The notes under the pieces were generated by a model, which was not told the DNA's origin, made no database searches, and saw nothing but the letters and a program-made list of their open reading frames with translations. Made by a program: the position numbers and the translations under genes. Shown in pieces: positions 18,001 through 25,639 of a DNA stretch of 64,000 bases (position 1 is the stretch's first letter; each line of letters starts with the position of its first letter). The DNA lies in UHGV virus genome UHGV-0245395; one strand, written 5' to 3'. Source of the DNA: a virus.

Positions 18001-18132
18001 GACGAAACGGGAGAGCCGGAGGCGGGGATACCGAATCCTTTCGAGGATGTGGGTAAGAGTATGGCGGGTAATCCTATTTTCGCGAGTGCTTGTGAATACA
18101 TAGATAAGAATCTGGGCAATGACGGCAACTAA
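15070..18132 (+). CDS. Portal protein with intein
   Basis: YGRSELE, NGNFFKNGSNPKG, RDMEF, YRIDPSELGF, SKQKGLYPLL match SPO1/Twort-like portals; 576 aa after splicing. Confidence 0.9.
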   Translation: MSRKGRKTAVAGQRASEYDRVIKSIASMSFAELNSLGDAIPTILNSKLQASLSSDDVEKAIEAGLYIEKERIRSTEANKSIFFLPDSIAYSGRGYKETLNRVSMQTLQRMGNLYCVKNIITTRIEQITRFLKFSTDEQKEGFTIRKKRSLFESTEDKGEMTKAEMKRVEEIVDFLEHGGKTDKWEMPDSFVTFVRKIMQDSLSIDQLAFEITRTRGQEIDKFKAVDGSMIRFLDSVDPDYAHEFERYRYRGYLPKYCQVFDQQIVFNKQLNEYVLYYPWELGFGIRNIGTDIWNNGYGRSELETLVEIVTYILNGVQYNGNFFKNGSNPKGFVKMNGPNANQTQLNDFKQKWRQMLTGVDNCLAGDSLLVLKNIGVTSIEDFLNGSQEKEAIIWTGKNFEYGRVYRTGLKKKCTLTLANGLSITSSDNHKFKVVSDSGIIEWKERKDLKVGDFVLCNKKPVEGTRKFYYKGKVVENDLFEILGWLTGDGYIDNGESRRKRMELFYHSEKELHIREQHLCVLNRYGINAKSQDYCRSFDQIESCKKVYGFKSVADKYCKIGIFDADFYEFLIGIGFTCSHVGKVIPPMIHDIDSESRCAFLRGFFSADGSVVSEGLGVRITISSDLLRYQTRMLLISEGIQCSIEEYHSKTRLRKSDKKGIHLLVKDRREFYERIGFLQPHKQLGHDYKKNYSTMFSLHPEMGKLEAKKMRVELYRRWVFGESGCVGDQRLTTDLHRISIGKDKCSYQRLTGIAERIGYKLHDEFSEFWFSPIVELSSFDEEIPMYDVEIYDNKHQFIVNGMLTHNSHKIPIFAGLDIEWVDLQKGNRDMEFDNWTKFLIVMLCSVYRIDPSELGFQFKDAANLFGQQGQKERLDHSKQKGLYPLLIFLQDIINKFLISELDEDMEFAFTGIEVEDEEKQVKLDADKLSAGMVAMQDMFKKYSGRDFDPEKDIILNQVYQTQKQSQMFGGDTMNGIVDDETGEPEAGIPNPFEDVGKSMAGNPIFASACEYIDKNLGNDGN
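16153..17484 (+). mobile_element. Intein with LAGLIDADG endonuclease (444 aa) in portal
   Basis: N|CLAGDS ... NHKF ... ILGWLTGDG, FLRGFFSADG ... MYDVEI ... FIVNGMLTHN|S. Confidence 0.95.
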
Positions 18133-18466
18133 GAAAAGTTACAGGGGGTTGGTCATCATACTGACCTTTATTCTGATAGCGTTATTCATTTACGTGAACC
18201 GGGATCAGAAAGATGATAACACCGAGCTTTTGAAGGAGAAGGAGTTTCAGAACAGGAAACTGTTGGATTCTTTGAACAAGGTGGGTGGCGAGTTGGTCCG
18301 CGTGATAGAGGAACAGAAGAGGAGGGAGGCGGAATCATTTGATAAGTTTAAACGGGAAACCGAGCGGTTAAAAAAAGAATACGATGAAAAACTTCGCAAT
18401 CTTAGTAATCTTACTGATGACGAGCACGTGCGGCTTCTGTCAGAAGAGCTATCCAAGGAAGATTGA
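18119..18466 (+). CDS. N-anchored membrane coiled-coil protein, possible i-spanin
   Basis: N-terminal TM then coiled coil; overlaps next gene by 83 nt. Confidence 0.5.
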   Translation: MTATKKSYRGLVIILTFILIALFIYVNRDQKDDNTELLKEKEFQNRKLLDSLNKVGGELVRVIEEQKRREAESFDKFKRETERLKKEYDEKLRNLSNLTDDEHVRLLSEELSKED

Positions 18467-18800
18467 GGTGGGTGGTGATACTTGCGTTATCATAACGATA
18501 CCGCAAGTCAAAGTCATCAACCAGCGTCTACTTCACCGGAGGTTCCTCATGGAGGAGAATGATACGTTGCGGGTACGCTACTTGGATTTAACGAAGTTTA
18601 TTCAGATTAAGAATATTCAGATCGATAGCCTTTTGAAATTAAATGTCGATTATCGTTTTAGGCTTGAGAACGAGATGGCGGTAAACCTCGAATATCAAAA
18701 AAACAAAGCCACGCTAGAAGACAAGATAAAACGCCGAAAACGATTATTCTGGATTGGCGTGGGTGTTAGTTTTTTGACAGGATTTTTTATCGCGAAATAG
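18384..18800 (+). CDS. Signal-peptide protein with C-terminal TM, possible spanin partner
   Basis: MKNFAILVILLMTSTCGFC leader, coiled coil, C-terminal LFWIGVGVSFLTGFFIA. Confidence 0.5.
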   Translation: MKNFAILVILLMTSTCGFCQKSYPRKIEVGGDTCVIITIPQVKVINQRLLHRRFLMEENDTLRVRYLDLTKFIQIKNIQIDSLLKLNVDYRFRLENEMAVNLEYQKNKATLEDKIKRRKRLFWIGVGVSFLTGFFIAK

Positions 18801-18857
18801 TTGGTGAATAGGTACCTATTTCGTACCTTTAGATGAACAAAATAAATAAAGAAGGTT

Positions 18858-19565
18858 ATGTTATACGAAGCACTTGTAGAAGAAATAAAAAGAAAAGCGT
18901 TTATAGCTAAATCCATGGGTCAGGAATTCACGGACGAAAATTATCTTGAAGAAATTGAAAAATCCATGGGCCGGGCTCAGATGGGCGAGGTGAGAACATG
19001 GGGAGGTAAAGAATATATAAAGACACCGAAAGGATGGCGCCCCAAACCGAAAGGTTACAAAGATGGCGGGAAGAAGGAAGAAGCATCCAAGTTTAATGAC
19101 AAAGGTGGTGGAAAATTCGAATTGGAGGTTCCCGGAAAAGGTGGGGCCCAGATATCAGCGGGTGATGGAAAATTCGAGGTGAAGGTGTGGGATAAGGATT
19201 ACAAATACATCACCGATGATTCCAAGCGTCATGTATTTGATAGCCAGGCGGAGGCTGAAAGATTCGCACGTGAACTTCTTAATGAGAAGGGAGAGGAGAA
19301 GAAGCCGAAAACAATCAAGGATATTTTGGATAGCAAGGTGGTCGCGGATTTTATCAAGAACGAACTCCCTAAATACAACAATAATTTGGATGACGATAAT
19401 CAAATCACTGAAAGGGTTCTCAAAGATTTAATCATCGATGTTCATGAACAATGGAGTGACAAGGAAAGAACGCCGCTCAACGGGGTATTTTCAGGAAAAT
19501 CCGAGCTGACAGAGAAACATCTTAAAAAATTAGTTGACTTTTTCTGGGAGGATTTGGTTGATTAA
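18858..19565 (+). CDS. Tagged putative internal head protein 1
   Basis: IAKS..IEKS then MGEVRTWGGKEYIKTPKGWRP tag; C-terminal domain shared with 20377-21090. Confidence 0.7.
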   Translation: MLYEALVEEIKRKAFIAKSMGQEFTDENYLEEIEKSMGRAQMGEVRTWGGKEYIKTPKGWRPKPKGYKDGGKKEEASKFNDKGGGKFELEVPGKGGAQISAGDGKFEVKVWDKDYKYITDDSKRHVFDSQAEAERFARELLNEKGEEKKPKTIKDILDSKVVADFIKNELPKYNNNLDDDNQITERVLKDLIIDVHEQWSDKERTPLNGVFSGKSELTEKHLKKLVDFFWEDLVD

Positions 19566-19588
19566 TTGATAAACAAAGTGTATCTTTA
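19558..19588 (+). promoter_or_regulatory. Promoter plus operator inside the head module
   Basis: TTG-N20-TATCTTTA; GATAAAC-AAA-GTGTATC at 19568-19584. Confidence 0.8.
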
Positions 19589-19625
19589 TGGCATTGAAAA
19601 TTAGAAATAAAATATAAATATCGAT

Positions 19626-20168
19626 ATGGGATTTTTAGAAGAGCAAGCCGCTCGAAATATAGCAAACAGAATCGCCATTGAGAAATCGATGGGAAAGGAT
19701 ATCGATGACGAATCCTGCCTTGATATGCTGGAGAAAGCGGGTCGTGCTGCCGCCATGGGAGAGGTACGTACTTGGAATGGTAAAGAGTACGTTAAAACCC
19801 CCAAAGGTTGGAGACCGAAACCGAAGGGGTATAAGGGGAAACAGGAAAGTGGCGAGAAGAAAGGGCAAGGGGAATCCCTTGTTGATATGATTAACCGAAA
19901 ACTCAGGGAAGGTCATGCCGCAGTTAAGGATAGCATGAAAGATGATGCGAAAAAGATCGTGGAAGAGGATAAGGAATCCAAGAGGAGCGAGCTCGCACGT
20001 CAACTTGAAGAACTTGATGAAAAATTATTCGAGCATGAGAAACGCCGTGGTGACTACGATAGACAGGCGGATTGGTCCAGGGATAAAAAAGAGATGCAGG
20101 ATAAGTTTGATAAATTACAAGCGGAACATCGTAAATTGATGGGACGCGGTTGGGGAATGCGTGGTTGA
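19626..20168 (+). CDS. Tagged putative internal head protein 2
   Basis: IEKS..LEKA then MGEVRTWNGKEYVKTPKGWRP tag; coiled-coil remainder. Confidence 0.7.
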   Translation: MGFLEEQAARNIANRIAIEKSMGKDIDDESCLDMLEKAGRAAAMGEVRTWNGKEYVKTPKGWRPKPKGYKGKQESGEKKGQGESLVDMINRKLREGHAAVKDSMKDDAKKIVEEDKESKRSELARQLEELDEKLFEHEKRRGDYDRQADWSRDKKEMQDKFDKLQAEHRKLMGRGWGMRG

Positions 20169-20170
20169 TC

Positions 20171-20374
20171 ATGGAAAGGAAAGTGGCTGGAATTGATATA
20201 AAGACGGTCAGGCCGATCGTCAAGAAGGAACGAGCAGGGGTTAAAGATCCTGTTCGTTTTCCTGATGTCATAAACGGCTATGAAAACGAGACGAAACGGA
20301 TGTTTAATGAAAATCTCAACCTTCTATTCGGAGACCTTGTGAAGAAGATGGTTGAGATGGTTAAAGAAAAATAG
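20171..20374 (+). CDS. Hypothetical protein
   Basis: ATG 2 nt after upstream stop. Confidence 0.6.
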   Translation: MERKVAGIDIKTVRPIVKKERAGVKDPVRFPDVINGYENETKRMFNENLNLLFGDLVKKMVEMVKEK

Positions 20375-20376
20375 TT

Positions 20377-21090
20377 ATGGAAGATATTAATATAAAGGCA
20401 CTCGAGGTGATCGAGAAAGCCGGTAAGGGAGCGGCTATCGGTGAAATCCGCGTTTGGGGTGGAAAACGTTATCATAAAACACCGAAAGGCTGGCGGCCTG
20501 TTCCGAAAGGATACAAGGAAGGTGGTGAGAAGGAGTCGTATGGGAAAAAAGAACCTCGTTTCGGGAAGGATATACCGGACGGAGCGAAGATGGTTCACAG
20601 TGATGCACCTACATACGGTGGAATTAAATCCCCGCAAGAGTTAAAGAAGATGTCAACCGATGAATTACGTGAATTAAGTCGTGATTTCGAGAAATTCATG
20701 AGTCATTATATTTTTTCGGGGGAAGGAAATATTCCATTTAGGATCCAGTTGGAAAAGGAATTAGGTCGTCGAGCTAAAAAAGAATCAAGTGATGTTGCGA
20801 ATGAGGCTGAACGAGAAATTCGGGGTGGGAAACCCGGGCTATCGGCGTTAACGGGAAGTGATGTAACATCAAAATTTATGAAAGATGAGCTCCCTAAATA
20901 CAATGCCAATCTGGATCCGGATAATAAAATCAGCAGGAGGGAATTTAAAAATTTGATAGTTGAAGCCTTTTCACAACGGGAAAGGGGCTATAACACGCCG
21001 ATTGATGATGTACTTGATGGCAAGGCAGAACTATCCGAGAATCATTTACACAAGCTAGTTGATTATTTCTGGGATGATTTAGTGGGTTAG
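20377..21090 (+). CDS. Tagged putative internal head protein 3
   Basis: IEKA then IGEIRVWGGKRYHKTPKGWRP tag. Confidence 0.7.
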   Translation: MEDINIKALEVIEKAGKGAAIGEIRVWGGKRYHKTPKGWRPVPKGYKEGGEKESYGKKEPRFGKDIPDGAKMVHSDAPTYGGIKSPQELKKMSTDELRELSRDFEKFMSHYIFSGEGNIPFRIQLEKELGRRAKKESSDVANEAEREIRGGKPGLSALTGSDVTSKFMKDELPKYNANLDPDNKISRREFKNLIVEAFSQRERGYNTPIDDVLDGKAELSENHLHKLVDYFWDDLVG

Positions 21091-21124
21091 TGAGATCATG
21101 GAAAAGGAAAATCAAAATTAATAT

Positions 21125-23152
21125 ATGCTTTTTAATAACGAACAGATACAAGAACTTTTATCACTGGTAGATTTCAGGTTTGCCGATTTGGTCTGGAAAA
21201 TATTCGGACCAAATCATTTAACGACCCAGGATATGGCCGTGCTTGAAAAATTCGGTGTGAATGCCAGCAAGTTGGTTAAGAATATCCCGCCTTACTGGGC
21301 GAATTGGATGTTTGGCTTGTTATCTGGGAGATTGAGCGATTATCAAACGAAGCAAATAACTTATAACGATTTAATCGAATACCTGCGTAGAAGACAATAC
21401 GAAACGCCTTCTCGAAGGGAAATCGAGGAATACGAGATGGCTTGTAACCGTACCTACGGATATCTGAAGGGATTGGGCGATAAGATGAAAAAGGATATCA
21501 CAAGTTACATCTCAGATTCGGAACTTAGGATGAGGGCGGAACAGGAGCGTGCGATAAAGGAAGGGATGAGAAAGGGGGTTCTCGACAGGGAAACCACCAA
21601 GCTCATAGCTTCTAAAATAAGTAACCGATTAAATGATTGGTCAAGGGATTGGAATAGGATTGTTGAAACCGAGTACCAAAGTGTTTTTAACATGGGGCGG
21701 GTTCAATCCTATATGAAGGAAGGAAAGGGTGCCGGAACATTAATTTACTTTGATGTTTTTCCGGGTGCTTGTTTTCCAGTTGATGACACAGAATTTTTAA
21801 CAGATGAGGGGTTTAAATTTTTGAATGATATTAGGGGCGATGAGAAAGTGGCATCATTTAATCTTGATACAAATACACTTGAATATGTTGATATTGAAAG
21901 TAAAATTCAATATTGGTATTCCGGTGATATGCATCATTATAAACATCACTCATTGGATATGATGTGCACCCCAAATCATAATCAATTAATTGGAATTGAT
22001 TATAATCCAAAATCAGGGATATATACAAAAAATCAGCTTATCCCCAGTGATAAAGTACCTTCCTTGACAAGAAGGGCGTATATGTATTATAATGTTGACA
22101 ATTGGATTGGGTGTAATGATGATAAAATTACTGTTGCTGGAAAGGTTTTTGACACAAAGTCGTTTGCAAAAATGATGGGTTGGTATTTATCAGAAGGATC
22201 GATTGATATGAGAAAGTCTGATGAAAATGGTCATTATAACTCAAGCCAATTGAGAATTTCGCAGGCGAAAAATTGTAATTATGATGAGATAAAAGATTGT
22301 TTGGAACGAACTTTTGGTAAGCGTGTTTATTTTAACGGGAATAACCATGATGGTCGTTTCGTTGTTATTCTTGATAAATCATTTGATTCTTTCGTTATGT
22401 GGATGAAAGGGTTGGGAGATAGATCCTATAAAAAGACAATTCCTAGTGAGATAAAATCCTTGTCGAAAGAATACCTCACCGATTTTCTACGGGCATATTG
22501 GCGGGGCGATGGTTTTGGTGAAGAGATTTTTGATAGGGGTGGTGCTCACATTGTAACATCATCAAAACAGATGGCTGATGATTTGTCTGAAGTTATCTTG
22601 AAGTGTGGCTATAGGCCGTCATTAAAGATAATTGATAAACGTGGTGAAACAACTTTTTCAAAAACAAGGAGTCGGTATTTTACAACGAAACGGTTGATAT
22701 ATAAAATCAGTGTATTAAAATCAAAACATTTTAATTCGATATATAAGCACTTTCATGTTATTAATAATTGGGAAGGAGAAGTGGGTTGTTTGCAACTTAA
22801 AAAGAATTCAACATTATATATTCGAAGAAATGGCCAATCTATTTGGAGCGGTAATTGTCGCCACTGCATACGATTATTCCTCACTGACGGTATCGGTAGC
22901 AAGCCGAAACTTTTCACGGCGGAGGAATTGATAGGTAACGGAACGAATATAGGTAGAAAAGTTGCCGAATGGAAACCTACGATATTAACAGCGGTTCATC
23001 CGTTTTGTAGATGCCTGGCCAGAAGGTACATGGATGGCGATATCTGGGATAAGGAAGAGAAACGGTTCAAGCTGGATCCGACGTATAAGAGAAAGGTCGC
23101 GCCAGGTGCGAAAGTGAAAATCACGGTGGGTGATAAAACTTTCCACGTGTAA
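21125..23152 (+). CDS. MuF / SPP1 gp7-like minor head protein with intein
   Basis: WNRIVETE, CRHC and HPFCRC MuF motifs; 313 aa after splicing. Confidence 0.85.
   Translation: MLFNNEQIQELLSLVDFRFADLVWKIFGPNHLTTQDMAVLEKFGVNASKLVKNIPPYWANWMFGLLSGRLSDYQTKQITYNDLIEYLRRRQYETPSRREIEEYEMACNRTYGYLKGLGDKMKKDITSYISDSELRMRAEQERAIKEGMRKGVLDRETTKLIASKISNRLNDWSRDWNRIVETEYQSVFNMGRVQSYMKEGKGAGTLIYFDVFPGACFPVDDTEFLTDEGFKFLNDIRGDEKVASFNLDTNTLEYVDIESKIQYWYSGDMHHYKHHSLDMMCTPNHNQLIGIDYNPKSGIYTKNQLIPSDKVPSLTRRAYMYYNVDNWIGCNDDKITVAGKVFDTKSFAKMMGWYLSEGSIDMRKSDENGHYNSSQLRISQAKNCNYDEIKDCLERTFGKRVYFNGNNHDGRFVVILDKSFDSFVMWMKGLGDRSYKKTIPSEIKSLSKEYLTDFLRAYWRGDGFGEEIFDRGGAHIVTSSKQMADDLSEVILKCGYRPSLKIIDKRGETTFSKTRSRYFTTKRLIYKISVLKSKHFNSIYKHFHVINNWEGEVGCLQLKKNSTLYIRRNGQSIWSGNCRHCIRLFLTDGIGSKPKLFTAEELIGNGTNIGRKVAEWKPTILTAVHPFCRCLARRYMDGDIWDKEEKRFKLDPTYKRKVAPGAKVKITVGDKTFHV
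21770..22855 (+). mobile_element. Intein with LAGLIDADG endonuclease (362 aa) in MuF
   Basis: A|CFPVDDTEFLT ... TPNH ... MMGWYLSEG, FLRAYWRGDG ... YIRRNGQSIWSGN|C. Confidence 0.92.
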
Positions 23153-23218
23153 AATTGTTGGTATGAAATTAAATCCATATTTTTATACTGGAAATTAGAC
23201 GATAAAATATTGATTGTA

Positions 23219-23854
23219 ATGGAGGAGACAAGCGCGTTGGTTAAACTTATCGCAGATAACGGAATAACGGTGGTTATGAGTGCCATCATGATCATTATAT
23301 TTCTTAACGTGTTTAAGAAGACCACGAAGAACTGGGAGCGGATGGAGAAGAAAAACGATAGGTTGACCGATATAATCCTCTCTAAAGGTACGGCGGGTGA
23401 CTATATGGAGAAACAGACCGAGATTAATAATAATATGTTATCCATATTAAAGGAGATCCGGGAAGGTGCGACAAAGGAATGTACCATAGAGCAGGTTAAA
23501 GTGACGACCAACGCTTTGTTTGATCTGGCAAAATATACCATGTTGGACGAGGTGCTTCGAATCAAAAAGGAAAACCATTTGGTTAATGAATCAGCGGTTC
23601 AGGCGAAGGTTAAAACGATAGTGTACCAAAGGATAAATGATAGGAAAAGTAAACTATATAACTTCAATTGGAAGGGCAAACCGCTAAGTGAGTTCGACGC
23701 TATCTCGAAAGCTGAGATAGCCGATATTTTACTTGGCGAGCTATACGCGACTGACGGTTTCTCGGAAGATCGCGTGAAACGTAACATAGAGCTGTTTTAT
23801 GATAACATGAAATTAGATCTGTTTAATGAAATTGTGGCATATAATAATTTGTAG
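23219..23854 (+). CDS. N-anchored membrane protein, possible holin
   Basis: Single N-terminal TM (ITVVMSAIMIIIFL) then helical domain. Confidence 0.5.
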   Translation: MEETSALVKLIADNGITVVMSAIMIIIFLNVFKKTTKNWERMEKKNDRLTDIILSKGTAGDYMEKQTEINNNMLSILKEIREGATKECTIEQVKVTTNALFDLAKYTMLDEVLRIKKENHLVNESAVQAKVKTIVYQRINDRKSKLYNFNWKGKPLSEFDAISKAEIADILLGELYATDGFSEDRVKRNIELFYDNMKLDLFNEIVAYNNL

Positions 23855-23855
23855 T

Positions 23856-25601
23856 ATGAATTGGTTTAAAAGAACGTTGAGTAAAAATGACACGGAAGGC
23901 CGCGTGGAACAGTATATAGAGTGCGTCAAGGAATTGGACGCGATTGACGCGAGCAGTAATTCGCTGGCGGAGTCATTTCGTTTGAATAAATCGATGGTGG
24001 ATGATATCGCGTCGCTGGATATAAATGAACAGAAAAGTAGGATGGCAAAATTCGAAGAGTTTCTCACCTACCATAAAAAGGATGTTCATGAATTGATCAA
24101 GAAGAAAACAGGGATTGAGAAGTCCATGAATAAGATCAGGAATGAGAATGGGATGCAAGAAATTTGCGATCAGATCGATAAGTATTTCACCGCCAAACGT
24201 CTTTACAAAAGTAAGTCTATCAGCGCAAGCATATTTAACGTGATGATTCAGAAAGCGAAAGAGGGGCCCGTGAAGTATTCGGATGTTCTTGTTTTCGATC
24301 CGGAAGGAAAGCTACTGATCATGCACCGGATTCAGAGCGGGAAATCAAATGAAGGTGGTGAATGGTGCATTCCCGGTGGTCATGTTGATTTCGGGGAAAC
24401 GCACAGGGATGCGGCTGAAAGGGAATTGGTGGAGGAGACAGGTTTGAAACTGAAATTGCAACCAAATTTATCCGGACATTACAAGGACGACCGAAGTGAT
24501 ATCAATTATTACACTGCGTACGTGGAGGATCTGAATCCCACGATCACGGTGGATAGCACGGAGCATGACGGGGTTGAATGGGTGAAACCGGAAGATTTTG
24601 ATAAATATGACTTCATCTTTAACATGAAGGATAATCTAAAAAAGATTTTGCACATGGAAGAAAAAGAAACAGCGGGAAACGAACAATGTTCGGGTACCGT
24701 CGAAATACTGGCTAAGGCATTGATGGCCGGGAAAATCACTCCTAATTTTTTCAAGGAAGCTGTTGAGAAAGCCAAGAATAAAACGTATTTCTCCGACAAA
24801 GAAAGAAAAGATCTCGCGAAGGAAGGTGAGGCGATGCCGGACGGGAAATACCCGATTCGGAATAAACAAGACCTCCATGATGCCATCCGATTGGTTGGTG
24901 CATCAAAGTTACCCGAATACAAGGTGAGAAACTGGATCCGTAAAAGAGCCAAAGAATTGGGATTAACTGATGAGTTACCTGAAGATTGGCGAGGCGATGT
25001 TGAAAAGGGGATGACAACGGAGGATGCAGGAACCCTGGCAAGGGAGAGCTTGGACGGGGATAGTAAGAATAACGTGGAAAAGTCGGTCCGCGGGTTCACA
25101 CTTGAAATCAGTTTCAATGATCTTGAACAGGCGGATATTTTCAAATCCATGGTGGAGGAATTTAAATCGAAAGGTAAGCTCGATATTCAATCTATCGAGA
25201 CGAAGGATATCTTCAAAGCGGAAGATCAAAACAAAGTGATATTTCGTGACTACTTGAATTTCTTGGAAGGTGCGAAGACTAGGTTGAAAAACATTCACTG
25301 GGGCGAGGAAGACAATTCAAAACATGTTTATCTCGATGCCCTATCTGACGAGGTGGCCGATTTCGAGGACAAAGTGGCTGAAGCGGCTCAGGCCGGGTTC
25401 GGTCGGTTCAAGGACGGGGAGATAGTGGGAGAGGAAATTGATGTGAATGATCCGGTTGAAATGGTCGACCTCCTATTTGAGAGAACGAAAGATTTGCGTG
25501 GTACGTTAGCTGAAGACATGGATTATAGCGGGGAGATTTCGTGGATCGACGACTTCATGGCTAACCTGAAGCAGAGCAAATATCGGTTACAGATGCACTA
25601 A
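23856..25601 (+). CDS. Multidomain protein: coiled coil, NUDIX hydrolase, DUF6582-like, ferritin/Dps-like
   Basis: GGHVDFGETHRDAAERELVEETGL NUDIX box; AMPDGKYPIRNKQDLHDAI; LKNIHW...HVYLD..SDEV.DFEDKVAE four-helix metal-binding pattern. Confidence 0.8.
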   Translation: MNWFKRTLSKNDTEGRVEQYIECVKELDAIDASSNSLAESFRLNKSMVDDIASLDINEQKSRMAKFEEFLTYHKKDVHELIKKKTGIEKSMNKIRNENGMQEICDQIDKYFTAKRLYKSKSISASIFNVMIQKAKEGPVKYSDVLVFDPEGKLLIMHRIQSGKSNEGGEWCIPGGHVDFGETHRDAAERELVEETGLKLKLQPNLSGHYKDDRSDINYYTAYVEDLNPTITVDSTEHDGVEWVKPEDFDKYDFIFNMKDNLKKILHMEEKETAGNEQCSGTVEILAKALMAGKITPNFFKEAVEKAKNKTYFSDKERKDLAKEGEAMPDGKYPIRNKQDLHDAIRLVGASKLPEYKVRNWIRKRAKELGLTDELPEDWRGDVEKGMTTEDAGTLARESLDGDSKNNVEKSVRGFTLEISFNDLEQADIFKSMVEEFKSKGKLDIQSIETKDIFKAEDQNKVIFRDYLNFLEGAKTRLKNIHWGEEDNSKHVYLDALSDEVADFEDKVAEAAQAGFGRFKDGEIVGEEIDVNDPVEMVDLLFERTKDLRGTLAEDMDYSGEISWIDDFMANLKQSKYRLQMH

Positions 25602-25602
25602 C

Positions 25603-25622
25603 AAGGTTCCCCGGGGAACCTT
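25603..25622. repeat. Perfect 20-bp palindrome
   Basis: AAGGTTCCCCGGGGAACCTT; 17 nt recur at 12035-12051. Confidence 0.8.
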
Positions 25623-25639
25623 CTTTAAACTTGAATTGT

